From assembly GCA_041651455.1 (NCBI GenBank), contig JBAZJG010000005.1, positions 67,882 to 131,881 of the forward strand: a stretch of DNA of 64,000 nucleotides, written 5' to 3'. Position 1 is the first letter of the stretch. Each line of letters starts with the position of its first letter. Source of the DNA: Candidatus Omnitrophota bacterium. Its GTDB lineage: Bacteria > Omnitrophota > Gorgyraeia > Pluralincolimonadales > Pluralincolimonadaceae. A program made the translations under genes and the position numbers. This document shows, piece by piece, positions 9,352-20,315 of the stretch. The notes below the pieces were generated by a model. That model had not been told where the DNA came from. It ran no database searches and was given only the letters and a program-made list of their open reading frames with translations.

Positions 9352-10757
9352 CATTAAAGGGAAAGAAACATATCCATTTCATCGGCATAGGCGGGATAGG
9401 GATGAGCGCCATCGCGTTCGTTCTGCTTAAGCAGGGGCATAAGGTGTCGGGTTCCGACGTCAGGCGCTCGCGCATCGTCGAGAAGCTCGAATCGCTCGGA
9501 GGGGTGTTCCACGAGGGCCACCACGAGAAGAACATAAAGGGCGCCGATATAGTCGTATTCTCGTCGTCGATAACCCCCGAGAACCCGGAGGTCAAGGCCG
9601 CGCGCAATAAAAAGATAAAGACGCTCCACCGCGCCGACATGCTCGCGCTGATAATGAACGGCAGGAAGGGCATCGCGGTAACCGGCGCGCACGGCAAGAC
9701 GACCACGTCCTCGCTTATAGCGCATATCCTCTACAGGGCGGGGCTCGACCCGACCGCGATACTCGGCGGAGAGGTGAGGTCCATGGAAGGCAACGCGCGG
9801 GTCGGAGGCGGCGAGCACTTCGTCGTGGAAGCCGACGAGAGCGACGGCTCGTTCGTCCACCTGAAGCCGTTCTACAGCGTCGTGACGAACATTGACGCGG
9901 AGCATATGGATTACTACCGCAACATGGGAGAAATAATCTCGTGGTACCTGAAGTTCATAGAGAAGATCAAGGCGGGCGGAAAACTCTTCGCGTGCGGCGA
10001 CTGCGAAAACCTCAGGAGGGCGCTGCGAGGATGCGGCAAGGAGGTGTTCCTGTTCGGCCTCTCGAAGGAGAACCACATATATCCCGAGAAAGTGGCGATG
10101 CATGATTCGCATTCGGAGTTCGAGGTCGTCTACCGCGGCAAGAACCTCGGGACTGCCGCGATAAATATACCGGGCATACACAACGTCTCGAACGCGCTCG
10201 CGGCCTTTGCCGTGGCGCTCGAGCTCGGGCTGGATTTCGGGACGGTGAAATCGGCGGTCGAGGATTTCACGGGCGCTGCCCGCAGGTTCCAGGTGAAATA
10301 TTCGGGCAACGGCATAAAGGTCATAGACGATTACGCGCACCACCCGTCCGAGATTAGGGCGACGATAGCCGCGGCGAAGAACTGGGAGCCGAAACGGCTT
10401 ATCGTAGCGTTCCAGCCCCACAGGTTTTCGCGGACCAAATACCTGAAGGACCAGTTCGGCAGGTGCTTTGACGCGGCCGACAAAGTCGTGCTTACCGACA
10501 TATACGCGGCCTCCGAGGAGGAGCTTGATAACGTCTCGGGCAGGAGCATATACGAGGAGGTCAGCGCGCGCGGCCATAAGGACGTGTCGTATATCCATAA
10601 GAAGGAATTGAAAGACCTGCTGTTGAAAGAGATAAAGCGCGGCGACATGGTGCTCATGATGGGGGCGGGTGACATAACATGCATAGCGGACGATCTTGCC
10701 CGCGACCTGCCGCTCAGGATACGGAGAAAAGGATGCCGGTCAAAAAAGAAGACCTGA
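9348..10757 (+). CDS. murC: UDP-N-acetylmuramate--L-alanine ligase MurC
   Basis: HIHFIGIGGIGMSAIA N-terminal domain and GAHGKTTTSS P-loop. 469 aa. Confidence 0.9.
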   Translation: MTLKGKKHIHFIGIGGIGMSAIAFVLLKQGHKVSGSDVRRSRIVEKLESLGGVFHEGHHEKNIKGADIVVFSSSITPENPEVKAARNKKIKTLHRADMLALIMNGRKGIAVTGAHGKTTTSSLIAHILYRAGLDPTAILGGEVRSMEGNARVGGGEHFVVEADESDGSFVHLKPFYSVVTNIDAEHMDYYRNMGEIISWYLKFIEKIKAGGKLFACGDCENLRRALRGCGKEVFLFGLSKENHIYPEKVAMHDSHSEFEVVYRGKNLGTAAINIPGIHNVSNALAAFAVALELGLDFGTVKSAVEDFTGAARRFQVKYSGNGIKVIDDYAHHPSEIRATIAAAKNWEPKRLIVAFQPHRFSRTKYLKDQFGRCFDAADKVVLTDIYAASEEELDNVSGRSIYEEVSARGHKDVSYIHKKELKDLLLKEIKRGDMVLMMGAGDITCIADDLARDLPLRIRRKGCRSKKKT

Positions 10758-11632
10758 AGTTCATAAAAGGTGTCGTGAAATTCGAGGAACCGATGTCCCG
10801 CCACACGTCGTTCAGGATAGGCGGGCCCGCGGAGATCTTCGTCTATCCGTCGGATACTGACGACCTGCTGGCCGTCCTGCGTTACGCCGCGGACCATAAG
10901 ATGGCCGTGTTCGTCATCGGAGGCGGGAGTAAATTGCTCGTCGGAGATAAGGGCCTGCGCGGGTTCGTGGTATCGCTGAACGCGCCGGCATTCAACGGGA
11001 TGTCGTTCGACGGGGAATACGCGTCCGCCGGCTGCGGGATGAAGGTGAGCGCCTTCCTTAAAAAGGCCGCGGCCGAAGGCCTCGGAGGGCTCGAGTTCCT
11101 CGCCGGCATACCGGGCACCCTCGGTGGCGCCGTCATCATGAACGCGGGTTGGCCGACCAAGTCCATTGGAGACCGCGTCGAAGAGGTCACGCTTATAAAA
11201 GGGTTGTCGAAATCTACGCTCGCGAAAAGCGAGCTTAAATTCTCATACCGCGGATCGGATTTCGGGGACGCGATACTTATTTCCGTGAAACTCAAGCTTG
11301 ACAGGAAGCCCGAGGCGGATATCGAGGCGGAGATCAACAGGAACTTCGAAAAAAAGAGGCAGACGCAGGACCTGAGCCGCCCGAGCGTCGGCAGCATATT
11401 CCTCAACCCGTCCGGAAGCGCGCCCGCCTGGCAGGTAATAGAGAAGAGCGGCCTCAGGGGGGCAAAGGCGGGGGATGCCGTGTTATCCGAAAAACACGCA
11501 AATTTCATAGTCAATAAGGGGAAGGCCTCGGCGGCGGATGTCCGGGCACTTATCGACGAAATACAAAAAAAGGTTTTTAAAGATCAGCAAATTATGTTAA
11601 AATTAGAAGTTAAAATAATAGGAGATTTTTAG
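10733..11632 (+). CDS. murB: UDP-N-acetylenolpyruvoylglucosamine reductase MurB (internal ATG with AAAAGGA RBS; the 10679 start in the ORF track is an extension)
   Basis: FAD-binding PCMH-type domain (SFRIGGPAEIFVYP ... LVGDKGLRGFV) and a MurB C-terminal domain. Confidence 0.85.
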   Translation: MPVKKEDLKFIKGVVKFEEPMSRHTSFRIGGPAEIFVYPSDTDDLLAVLRYAADHKMAVFVIGGGSKLLVGDKGLRGFVVSLNAPAFNGMSFDGEYASAGCGMKVSAFLKKAAAEGLGGLEFLAGIPGTLGGAVIMNAGWPTKSIGDRVEEVTLIKGLSKSTLAKSELKFSYRGSDFGDAILISVKLKLDRKPEADIEAEINRNFEKKRQTQDLSRPSVGSIFLNPSGSAPAWQVIEKSGLRGAKAGDAVLSEKHANFIVNKGKASAADVRALIDEIQKKVFKDQQIMLKLEVKIIGDF

Positions 11633-12534
11633 TGGATAAGAAGTCCATGCGTATAGGTGTCCTGATGGGAGGGCCTTCCGCCGAAAGGGACGTCTCCCTG
11701 CGCTCGGGGAAAGCGATACTCCAGGCGCTGCTGAGCAAGGGATATAATGCGGTGCCGCTTGAGGTCTGGCTGCCGACAAGGCAGGAGCTCAAGTCTGCGG
11801 GCATGGACGTGGCTTTCCTCGCGCTGCACGGTACTTTCGGGGAGGACGGGCAGATACAGTCGATACTCGAGGATATGAGGATACCTTATACGGGCTCAAA
11901 GGTGAAAGCGAGCCGTTACGGCATGGATAAGATCGCTTCCAGGAAGCTCTTCAGGAAGGCAAGGCTCAGGATACCGGAATGCCATGTGATAAAGAACGGG
12001 ACGCGCCCGGGCAAAAAGCTGAAGACCCCGCTCGTCGTAAAGCCGTCGGCGCAGGGTTCATCCGTGGGTGTATCCATAATTGACAGCCTTGAAGAGCTCG
12101 AAAGCGCGATAAACGGCGCGTTCATGTTCGGGGACAAGGTCCTGCTCGAGCAGTTCGTGCCGGGCAAGGAGCTTACCGTCGGCATCCTCGACGGGAAACC
12201 CCTGCCCGTAATACAGGTGGTGCCGAAGAGGCGTTATTACGACGAGGTCGCGAAATATACGGTCGGGATGACCGAATACCTGTGCCCGGCGCCGATATCG
12301 GAAAAGGAAGCGAAACTCGCACAGGAGGCGGGAGCCAGGGCCCACAGGGCGCTGGGCTGCGCCGGCTATTCGAGGGTCGATATGATACTCGGCGGGGACG
12401 GCAAGGTGACCGTCCTCGAGGTCAACACGATACCGGGGATGACGCAGCTTAGCCTTTTGCCGAAGGCGGCGAAGGCGGCCGGCATAGAATTCCCGGAATT
12501 ATGCGAAAAGATGCTTGAATCGGCATTCATATAA
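11632..12534 (+). CDS. ddl: D-alanine--D-alanine ligase Ddl (GTG start with an AGGAG RBS 6 nt upstream)
   Basis: ATP-grasp fold with RIGVLMGGPSAERDVSLRSG N-terminus and a C-terminal EVNTIPGMT motif. Confidence 0.9.
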   Translation: MDKKSMRIGVLMGGPSAERDVSLRSGKAILQALLSKGYNAVPLEVWLPTRQELKSAGMDVAFLALHGTFGEDGQIQSILEDMRIPYTGSKVKASRYGMDKIASRKLFRKARLRIPECHVIKNGTRPGKKLKTPLVVKPSAQGSSVGVSIIDSLEELESAINGAFMFGDKVLLEQFVPGKELTVGILDGKPLPVIQVVPKRRYYDEVAKYTVGMTEYLCPAPISEKEAKLAQEAGARAHRALGCAGYSRVDMILGGDGKVTVLEVNTIPGMTQLSLLPKAAKAAGIEFPELCEKMLESAFI

Positions 12535-12535
12535 T

Positions 12536-13333
12536 ATGGCAAGAAAAAGAAAAAGCACAAACGGCTCCGCGAAACAGCTGAACGAATTCATCAAGAAGAA
12601 CAGGGTGTCTATCGCCGCGTTCGCTGTCATCGTGCTGGCTATCGCCGGCGCGGGATTCTGGCTGACAAACTTCTTCTGCACGTCGCCGTGCTTCTCGGTG
12701 GATAAGATAGAGGTCGTAAAGCCGGGCAGGGAAGGCGCGTACCGCCTGCAGAAGGAGTACTTCCGCCTTGAATACCCCGTCAACATATTCACCGCCGACC
12801 CGGCGGCGCTTTCGAGGAAGATAAAGGAGAAGCACCCGGAGTACCAGATAGTCGTAATAACGAAATTCCTCCCGGACAGGATCGCCGCGACGATAAAGGA
12901 CAGGGCGGCGGCCGCGAAGATAAAGGTCGCTAAGGTCCTGCCGATAGATTTCGAAGGCGTTGTCGTATCCGACTCGGGCAGTATGGAATCCCTGCCCCTC
13001 ATTACCGGCCTCGAGTCGCAGCTCGCGAACCCTAAAGCGGGCACGAAGGTCAAGTCGAAGAGGCTTACGGCCGCGCTGTATATCCTGAGGCAGGTATACT
13101 CAAGGGCAGAATTCAGGAAGTCGTTCGTCGAGACGGTGGATGTCACATATCCCGATAAGGCGTCGTTCATCATGGACGGCATGGATATCACCGTAGGCAG
13201 CGGCGATATCGAGGGGAAACTGGACCTGCTGGCAAGCCTTATCGCGGACCCGAAACTGGATAAGTCAAAGGTGGATTCCATCGACCTGAGGTTTACCGAC
13301 CCGGTCGTGACTTTCAAGCCGGAGAAGAAATGA
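12536..13333 (+). CDS. ftsQ: Cell division protein FtsQ/DivIB (start taken at the ATG just after the ddl stop; the 12515 start in the ORF track is an alternative)
   Basis: Short basic N-terminus, a single TM (SIAAFAVIVLAIAGAGFWL) and a POTRA-like periplasmic region. Lies between ddl and ftsA. Confidence 0.7.
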   Translation: MARKRKSTNGSAKQLNEFIKKNRVSIAAFAVIVLAIAGAGFWLTNFFCTSPCFSVDKIEVVKPGREGAYRLQKEYFRLEYPVNIFTADPAALSRKIKEKHPEYQIVVITKFLPDRIAATIKDRAAAAKIKVAKVLPIDFEGVVVSDSGSMESLPLITGLESQLANPKAGTKVKSKRLTAALYILRQVYSRAEFRKSFVETVDVTYPDKASFIMDGMDITVGSGDIEGKLDLLASLIADPKLDKSKVDSIDLRFTDPVVTFKPEKK

Positions 13334-14559
13334 AGAAGAAGACCCTCGCGGGACTCGACATCAGCGAAGACCTCGTGACATGCTCCATCTGTTCCAGCGA
13401 TGAAAAGTCGGGGGTCGCGATACTCGGGATAGGGACTTCCCCGGCCAGGGGCATCAACAACGGCACGATCACCGACTTAAGCGAGGCCTCGCAATCTGTC
13501 GCGGAGGCGGTAGAGAAGGCGGAATCCGCGGCCAAGGAAAAAGTCCTCGCGCTCGTGGCAAGCTGCGACGGGGCGAGCCTCCGGGCATACGATACTAAAG
13601 GCAGTATAACCGTCGCGGAGAAGGAGAACGAGATCGGCCGGCGCGAGATCGAGCGAGTCACCGAGGCGGCCAGGACGATAGCGCTGCCTTTCGACAGGGA
13701 GATAGTCCATTCGATAACGCGCGGTTTCATACTCGACGGCCAGGACGGCATAAAGGACCCGGCGGGAATGTTCGGCACGAGGCTCGAAGTGGACATGGAA
13801 TACGTGACGGCCCTCATAACGAACCTGCATAACCTTAGGCGGACGATAAATACCGCAGGATTCGAGATTCAGGATATAGTCCTTTCAGGTGTCGCGTCCG
13901 GCAACGTACTGCTCGAGGACCTCGATAAGGACCTCGGCGCGATACTTATATATATCTCTTATTCGGCGACGCACATAGTCGTATATAATTCGGGCGAGAT
14001 AAAGTCCATCGAGGTAGTGCCTTTCGGAGGCGGCGAGATCATCCGAGCCGTCGCGGACGCGTTCAAGGTGCCGCGGGACTATGCCGAGCAGGTCATCAGG
14101 AGGGAGGCCAGCCTCGATGAGGAGCCGCCCGCGGAGGATGACGGCATAACTCTGAGGATAGGCGGTTCGGCCAGGACGATATCGAGGAAGTCCCTGCGCG
14201 ATGCCGTTAAACCGGCGGCGGAAGAGCTCATAAACAGGGCCGCGGAGGCGATCAAGGACATGCGCTCATCGAAAGAGGCGGCGACCGGATGCGTGGTCGC
14301 GGGAGTCCTCGCAGACACCGGCGGTTTCCTCGAGATGTTCGAGCTTTCGTTGAGTATGCCGGTAAAGATGGGCATGGTAAAGGGCGTCTCGGGAGAAGCG
14401 CTTAATATGATGGAGCCCGGCAAGATCGTCTCGCTCGGGCTTGTGAAATACTGGGCGGCGGAAGGCGCAAGGAAGAAGGGCCCCAAAAAGTTCCTCGCGA
14501 ATACCCCGCTCGGCAGGGTCGCCGACCGCATCCAGCAGATATTCAGCGAGTATTTTTGA
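13330..14559 (+). CDS. ftsA: Cell division protein FtsA (actin-like ATPase)
   Basis: 409 aa. GLDISEDL...GIGTSPARGI N-terminal region and an actin/HSP70 fold pattern. Directly follows ftsQ. Confidence 0.85.
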   Translation: MKKKTLAGLDISEDLVTCSICSSDEKSGVAILGIGTSPARGINNGTITDLSEASQSVAEAVEKAESAAKEKVLALVASCDGASLRAYDTKGSITVAEKENEIGRREIERVTEAARTIALPFDREIVHSITRGFILDGQDGIKDPAGMFGTRLEVDMEYVTALITNLHNLRRTINTAGFEIQDIVLSGVASGNVLLEDLDKDLGAILIYISYSATHIVVYNSGEIKSIEVVPFGGGEIIRAVADAFKVPRDYAEQVIRREASLDEEPPAEDDGITLRIGGSARTISRKSLRDAVKPAAEELINRAAEAIKDMRSSKEAATGCVVAGVLADTGGFLEMFELSLSMPVKMGMVKGVSGEALNMMEPGKIVSLGLVKYWAAEGARKKGPKKFLANTPLGRVADRIQQIFSEYF

Positions 14560-15236
14560 TGATAGCAGATAACTTAAGCAGGGTCAGGGACCGCATACGC
14601 AAGGCCGCCGAGAAGATCGGCAGGAACGACAGGGATATCACCCTCGTATGCGTCACGAAGGCCGTAGGCGTCGCGCAGATAGAAGAGGCGCTCGCCGCCG
14701 GCGTCAAGGATATCGGCGAGAGCTATGTCCAGGCCGCGGAGATGAAATTCGGCGCCATCGATCACCGCGCGAAATGGCATCTCGTAGGCCACCTCCAGAC
14801 GAACAAGGTCAAGGAGGCGGTCAAGATCTTCGACGTCATACAATCCGTCGACTCGTTCAGGCTCGCCGACGAGATATCGCGCAGGTCGGAGGCATTGAAG
14901 GTCCCGAAGAAGATCCTAATAGAGGTTAAGACCTCGGAGGAAGCCACAAAGTTCGGCGTAATGCCGGAGCAGGTGATGCAGCTGCTCGAGAAGATATCGT
15001 CACTGAAATATGTAAGCGTGATAGGCCTCATGACCATGGCGCCGTTCACCGAAGACCCCGAAGAGTCAAGGCCGTATTTCCGGAGGCTCAAGAAGCTGGC
15101 CATGATGGCGAACACTAAGTCGATACGAAATGTCAGGATCGACTATCTCTCGATGGGAATGACCCAGGATTTCGAAGTGGCTATAGAAGAAGGCGCGAAT
15201 ATACTCAGGATAGGCCATGCGATATTCGAAGCTTAG
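14559..15236 (+). CDS. yggS: YggS/YlmE-family pyridoxal-phosphate homeostasis protein (alanine-racemase-fold)
   Basis: 225 aa with TLVCVTKAV...HLVGHLQTNKVK motifs characteristic of YggS. Immediately follows ftsA with no ftsZ in between. Confidence 0.85.
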   Translation: MIADNLSRVRDRIRKAAEKIGRNDRDITLVCVTKAVGVAQIEEALAAGVKDIGESYVQAAEMKFGAIDHRAKWHLVGHLQTNKVKEAVKIFDVIQSVDSFRLADEISRRSEALKVPKKILIEVKTSEEATKFGVMPEQVMQLLEKISSLKYVSVIGLMTMAPFTEDPEESRPYFRRLKKLAMMANTKSIRNVRIDYLSMGMTQDFEVAIEEGANILRIGHAIFEA

Positions 15237-16014
15237 GAAGATAGGCATCATCGGCCTCGGCAATATGGGCAGCGCGGTCATGCGCGGATTGGGGGGCCCG
15301 CTTGCCGGCTACGATTGCGACCCGGCGAAGGCGCGCGCCGCAGGCAGGATCGCGCGGGTAAAGATATTGGTTACAGCCGCCGAACTCACGCGGCTCTCCG
15401 ATATCGTTATCATAGCGGTCAAGCCGAAGGATTTCGCGCAGGTAGCCCGTGAGGTCTCGGTCCATGCAAAAGGCAAATTGTTCATAACGATAGCCGCCGG
15501 CATCAGGACGGACACCGCCGAAAAACTGATAGGAAACCGAGCGCGTGTAGTAAGGGTCATGCCGAACACGCCCGCCCTTATAGGCGAAGGCATATCCGCG
15601 ATATGCGGCGGAAGATACGCGACGGCGTCCGACATCGGGGCCGCGCGCGGTATATTCTCAAGCGTCGGCGAGACGGTAGTGCTGGACGAGGGCCATTTCG
15701 ACCTGGTCACAGCCATATCGGGAAGCGGACCTGCGTATTTCTTTTACCTCAAGGAAGCCCTGATGGAGACGGCGGTGCGCATGGGATTGGGCAGGGATAT
15801 GGCGCGCAAACTGGTTTCCAAGACCGCGCTTGGGGCGGCAAAACTGCTTATCGAGACCGGGCATGAACCCGGCGTCTTGAGGGGGCATGTCACCTCGAAG
15901 GGCGGTACGACCGAACAGGCCATCAGGATACTCGAAAAAGCGGGATTCAAGAATACCGTGCACAAGGCCGTGGCCGCCGCCGTAAAACGTTCCAGGCAAC
16001 TCTCAGGAGGATAA
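15217..16014 (+). CDS. proC: Pyrroline-5-carboxylate reductase ProC
   Basis: KIGIIGLGNMGSAV Rossmann motif and a P5CR C-terminal dimerisation domain (...SKGGTTEQAIRILE). Confidence 0.85.
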   Translation: MRYSKLRKIGIIGLGNMGSAVMRGLGGPLAGYDCDPAKARAAGRIARVKILVTAAELTRLSDIVIIAVKPKDFAQVAREVSVHAKGKLFITIAAGIRTDTAEKLIGNRARVVRVMPNTPALIGEGISAICGGRYATASDIGAARGIFSSVGETVVLDEGHFDLVTAISGSGPAYFFYLKEALMETAVRMGLGRDMARKLVSKTALGAAKLLIETGHEPGVLRGHVTSKGGTTEQAIRILEKAGFKNTVHKAVAAAVKRSRQLSGG

Positions 16015-16314
16015 ATGTTCGCCCTAAGCAACCTTTTGATCCTTGCCGCGCGGCTCATAGAGATATTCACGCAGATATGGTGCTTCATGATAATATTGCG
16101 CGCGTTCATAAGCTGGGTCAACCCGGACCCGTTCCATCCGCTCGTGCAGTTCCTCAACAGGATGACGGACCCGGTCCTCGCGCCTTTCAGGAAGTTCATG
16201 CCGCCGCTCGGTCCGGTAGATATATCGCCCGCTATAGCGGTCATACTTGTATATTCGGTTCAGAAGTATTTCCTGGTGCCGACCATCATGGAACTCGCGA
16301 TGAGGCTGCGCTAA
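16015..16314 (+). CDS. yggT: YggT/YlmG-family small membrane protein
   Basis: 99 aa with two TM segments and the YggT-like pattern ...RAFISWVNPDP...PVLAPFRKFMPP... Confidence 0.75.
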   Translation: MFALSNLLILAARLIEIFTQIWCFMIILRAFISWVNPDPFHPLVQFLNRMTDPVLAPFRKFMPPLGPVDISPAIAVILVYSVQKYFLVPTIMELAMRLR

Positions 16315-16327
16315 AACGGAGGGATAG

Positions 16328-17155
16328 ATGCACGAACTCAAGAGCAAGATAAACGAGACGGTAAAATTCATAAAAGAAGAGATGGGCCGCATGCCGCAGC
16401 CCGATGTGGCTATAATACTCGGGACGGGGCTCGGCAACCTGTCCGAGAAGATAAACGACAAGAAAAGCCTCGGATACTGGAAGATACCCCATTTCCCGCT
16501 GTCGACCGTCAAGAGCCATAAGGGCGAGCTCGTTTTCGGCAAGATCGGGGATAAGAACGTCGTCGCGATGGAGGGAAGGTTCCACTATTATGAGGGCTAT
16601 CACCTCGACGAGGTCACTTATCCGGTCAGGGTGGTAAAAGCGCTCGGCGCGAACACGCTTGTGGTTTCAAATGCCGCCGGCGGAATGAACCCGGAATACG
16701 GCTACGGCGACCTCATGGCGATAACCGACCAGATAAACCTGACCGGGATAAACCCCCTGATAGGGCCGAACGACGATTCCCTCGGCCCGAGGTTCCCGGA
16801 TTTCTGCGATCTCTATGACCCGCAGCTCGTCGAGCTGGCCGGTAAGATAGCGGAAGAAGAGAAGATCAGCATGCGCAAGGGCGTGTATATAGGGGTTACC
16901 GGCCCGAACCTCGAGACGAGGGCCGAGTACAGGTTCTTCCGTATGATAGGCGCCGACGCGGTCGGGATGTCAACTGTCCCCGAGGTCATCGTAGCGAAAC
17001 ACGCTGGCCTGAGGGTATTCGGCATAAGCGTCATAACCGACATATGCATCCCCGAGACGCTGAAGCCCTGCAACATAGATGAGATAATAAAGACCGCGAA
17101 CGAGGCGGAGCCGAAACTGACCAAGATAATATATAAACTGATAGAGAGACTATGA
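16328..17155 (+). CDS. Purine nucleoside phosphorylase (PNP/MTAP family I)
   Basis: 275 aa with GTGLG phosphate-binding motif and VSNAAGG...[10 protein letters not shown]...MSTVPEV conserved PNP blocks. Confidence 0.85.
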   Translation: MHELKSKINETVKFIKEEMGRMPQPDVAIILGTGLGNLSEKINDKKSLGYWKIPHFPLSTVKSHKGELVFGKIGDKNVVAMEGRFHYYEGYHLDEVTYPVRVVKALGANTLVVSNAAGGMNPEYGYGDLMAITDQINLTGINPLIGPNDDSLGPRFPDFCDLYDPQLVELAGKIAEEEKISMRKGVYIGVTGPNLETRAEYRFFRMIGADAVGMSTVPEVIVAKHAGLRVFGISVITDICIPETLKPCNIDEIIKTANEAEPKLTKIIYKLIERL

Positions 17156-19920
17156 ACTATAAAGACAGCTTGAACCTGCCGAAGACCGATTTCCCGATGA
17201 AGGCCGACCTGCCTAAACGCGAGCCCGAGATGCTGAAGGCATGGCAGGAGGCGGACATATACGCAGCGGTCCGCAAGGCGCGCGCGGGAAAGCCGAAGTA
17301 TATCCTGCATGACGGGCCGCCTTACGCGAACGGCAATATCCATATAGGGCACGCGCTGAACAAGACGCTGAAGGACATAGTCGTCAAGTACAAGACGATG
17401 CGCGGCTTCGATGCGCCTTACGTGCCGGGATGGGACTGCCACGGCCTTCCGGTCGAGCACGCGCTCTTCAAGGAGCTGAAGATGTCGAAGGGCCAGATAG
17501 GCCAGCTCGAGTTCAGGAAGAAAGCAGCGGAATACGCGCTGAGGTTCGTCGCGACGCAGAAAGAGGAGTTCAAGCGTCTCGGCGTCTTCGGCGACTGGGA
17601 CGATCCCTACCTGACGCTTAACAATAAATATGTCGCGGGCATAGTGCGCTCGTTCGCGAAGATGGCGGCCGCGGGTTATATCTACAAGGGCGTGAAGCCC
17701 GTCAACTGGTGCCTGCGCTGCGAGACGGCGCTCGCCGAGGCGGAAGTCGAATATGCCGACCACTCGTCGCCGTCGGTATTCGTGAAATTCCGTGTCGGCG
17801 CGTCGGGCAAAAAATTCCTCGTGATATGGACCACCACGCCGTGGACGCTCGTTGCGAATGTCGCGGTAGCGGTCCATCCTATGCTCGATTATGTTACGGT
17901 AGACGCGAACGGCGAGAGCTATATAATCGCGAAGGACCTTCTCGAATCCGTCGCCGCGAAGACCGGGTTGAAGGATTACAAGGTGATATCATCCGTAAAA
18001 GGAAAAGAGCTCGAGGGCCTAGCCTATACGCATCCGTTTATCGGCAGGGAAGGCAAGGTTGTCCTCGCGGATTATGTGTCGAACGAGGACGGCTCGGGCT
18101 GCGTCCATACCGCGCCGGGCCACGGCATGGAGGATTACCTGACTGGCCAGAGGTACGGCCTGCCGACGATCATGCCCGTTGACGAGAGGGGAATATTCGA
18201 CAAGACCGCCGGGGAGTTCGCCGGCATGCATGTCTTCAAGGCGAACGCCGCCATAACCGAACGCTTGCAGAAAGACGGCGCGCTTCTCGGCAGCGGGACG
18301 GTATCGCATTCTTATCCGCATTGCTGGAGGTGCAAGGAGCCGGTCATATTCAGGGCGACGGTCCAGTGGTTCATAAACGTCGACCATAACAGGCTAAGGA
18401 AGAGGACGCTCGAGGATATAAAGGGAGTGAAGTGGGTCCCGCAGGTGGGAGAGAACAGGATATCGGCTATGATAGGCAGCCGCCCCGACTGGTGCCTTTC
18501 CAGGCAGAGGTACTGGGGCGTGCCGATACCGGCGTTCTATTGCGAATCCTGCAAGAAGCCCGTGCTCGACGTGAAGGTCATAGAAGGGATCGCGGACCTC
18601 ATGGAAAAAGAGGGCTCGAACGCGTGGTTCGCTAAACCCGCGGAAGAATTATTGCCTGCCGGGTTTGCATGCCCGGAATGCAAAGGCAGGAAATTCAGGA
18701 AGGAAGAGGATATACTCGACGTATGGTTCGATTCCGGAGTAAGCCACCAGTCGGTGCTCAGGGCCAGGAGCCAGTTGGCTTTCCCTGCGGACCTTTATCT
18801 TGAAGGCAGCGACCAGCACCGCGGATGGTTCCAGGCGGCGGTGCTGACCTCGGAGCCGATAGAGGGCAAGCCGCCTTTCAAGAACGTGCTGACGCACGGG
18901 TTCGTCGTGGACGGCGAGGGCCGGAAGATGTCGAAGTCTCTCGGCAACGTCATCTCTCCCCAGGATGTCATAAAGACGCACGGCGCGGACGTCCTGAGGA
19001 TGTGGGTCGCCTCCTGCGATTACTACGAGGACATCAGGATCTCGAAGGAGATACTGGAGCGCACGTCGGAAGCGTACCGGAAGATCAGGAATACCGCAAG
19101 GTTCATACTCGGCAACCTTTTCGATTTCGACCCTTCCGCGGACAGGCTCGCGCAGAAGGACCTGCTCGAGATAGACAAGTGGGCCGTCTCGAGGGCCTAC
19201 TCGCTCGCGCAGGAGATGGCCGGCTACTACGACGCTTTCGAGTTCCACAAGGTCTTCCGCGCGCTGTATAATTTCTGCACGGTGGAACTGTCCAGTTTTT
19301 ATCTTGACGTCTCCAAGGATAGACTGTATACTTATGCGCCGAACTCGAAAGAGAGAAGGTCTACGCAGACGGCGATCTATGAGGTCGTCATGATGCTCGC
19401 GAAGGCGCTCGCGCCGATAGCGCCTTTTACGGCGGACGAGATCTGGCAGAAACTGAAGCGCGATGACGCGTCGGAGAGCGTACATTCCGCGCTGTGGCCG
19501 GACGCGCGCGAGGGTTGCGTGGACAAGTCCCTCGAAGATAAGTGGGAGAGGCTTTTCGCGCTGCGCCCGCATATAATGAAGGCGATAGAAGAGAAGAGGG
19601 CAAAGGGGGCCTTCGGCGATTCGATGGAGGCCTCGGTCACGCTGTATATAAAGGATACGGGAAAGTACGGTTACCTGCATGAATTTGCGAAAGAGCTGGC
19701 AGGCGTATTCCTGTTATCCGGCTTCAAGCTGCAGGACGCTCCCGCAGGCCTGCCGGCGAAGGAAGGTTTGTCCGAGGTAGAAGGCCTCGGGATCCTTGTC
19801 GAGAAGGCGGACGGTTCGAAGTGCGAACGCTGCTGGTGCCGTTCAACGGAAGTCGGATCGGACGCGGAGCATCCGTCCCTGTGCAGGCGCTGCGCGGGGA
19901 TCCTAAAAGGAGAAAAATGA
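17152..19920 (+). CDS. ileS: Isoleucyl-tRNA synthetase IleS
   Basis: 922 aa. HIGHA and KMSKS class I motifs, an editing domain, and a C-terminal zinc-ribbon (CERCWCR...CRRCAG). Confidence 0.95.
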   Translation: MNYKDSLNLPKTDFPMKADLPKREPEMLKAWQEADIYAAVRKARAGKPKYILHDGPPYANGNIHIGHALNKTLKDIVVKYKTMRGFDAPYVPGWDCHGLPVEHALFKELKMSKGQIGQLEFRKKAAEYALRFVATQKEEFKRLGVFGDWDDPYLTLNNKYVAGIVRSFAKMAAAGYIYKGVKPVNWCLRCETALAEAEVEYADHSSPSVFVKFRVGASGKKFLVIWTTTPWTLVANVAVAVHPMLDYVTVDANGESYIIAKDLLESVAAKTGLKDYKVISSVKGKELEGLAYTHPFIGREGKVVLADYVSNEDGSGCVHTAPGHGMEDYLTGQRYGLPTIMPVDERGIFDKTAGEFAGMHVFKANAAITERLQKDGALLGSGTVSHSYPHCWRCKEPVIFRATVQWFINVDHNRLRKRTLEDIKGVKWVPQVGENRISAMIGSRPDWCLSRQRYWGVPIPAFYCESCKKPVLDVKVIEGIADLMEKEGSNAWFAKPAEELLPAGFACPECKGRKFRKEEDILDVWFDSGVSHQSVLRARSQLAFPADLYLEGSDQHRGWFQAAVLTSEPIEGKPPFKNVLTHGFVVDGEGRKMSKSLGNVISPQDVIKTHGADVLRMWVASCDYYEDIRISKEILERTSEAYRKIRNTARFILGNLFDFDPSADRLAQKDLLEIDKWAVSRAYSLAQEMAGYYDAFEFHKVFRALYNFCTVELSSFYLDVSKDRLYTYAPNSKERRSTQTAIYEVVMMLAKALAPIAPFTADEIWQKLKRDDASESVHSALWPDAREGCVDKSLEDKWERLFALRPHIMKAIEEKRAKGAFGDSMEASVTLYIKDTGKYGYLHEFAKELAGVFLLSGFKLQDAPAGLPAKEGLSEVEGLGILVEKADGSKCERCWCRSTEVGSDAEHPSLCRRCAGILKGEK

Positions 19921-20315
19921 TGATCAAGTGGGATAAAGAGGAACTCGAGAAGTTCAAGAAGATGCTGCTTAAGAAGAAAGAAGAGATGCTCAAAGAGATT
20001 GGCGGCGTCGAGAAGGATTCCCTCAACAGGTCCCAGCGCGACGCATCCGGCGACCTGTCGGCATACACATTCCATATGGCCGATGTCGCGACGGACAGTT
20101 TTGACAGGGAGTTTTCGCTCGGCATCGCGACTAACGTGCAGCAGAAGATACTCTATGCGATAGAGGAAGCCCTGAAACGCATAGAAGACAAGACATACGG
20201 CATCTGCCTGCAGTGCGAAAAACCGATACCGAAACAGAGGCTTATGGCGATGCCCTATGCCGGCCTTTGCCTCGATTGCCAGGCCAAAGAGGACCCGCAA
20301 AAGAAGATAATCTGA
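19917..20315 (+). CDS. DksA/TraR-family C4-type zinc-finger protein (start at the ATG overlapping the ileS stop)
   Basis: A coiled-coil region followed by [13 protein letters not shown]...GLCLDCQ, a four-cysteine DksA/TraR finger. Located between ileS and lspA. Confidence 0.75.
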   Translation: MMIKWDKEELEKFKKMLLKKKEEMLKEIGGVEKDSLNRSQRDASGDLSAYTFHMADVATDSFDREFSLGIATNVQQKILYAIEEALKRIEDKTYGICLQCEKPIPKQRLMAMPYAGLCLDCQAKEDPQKKII

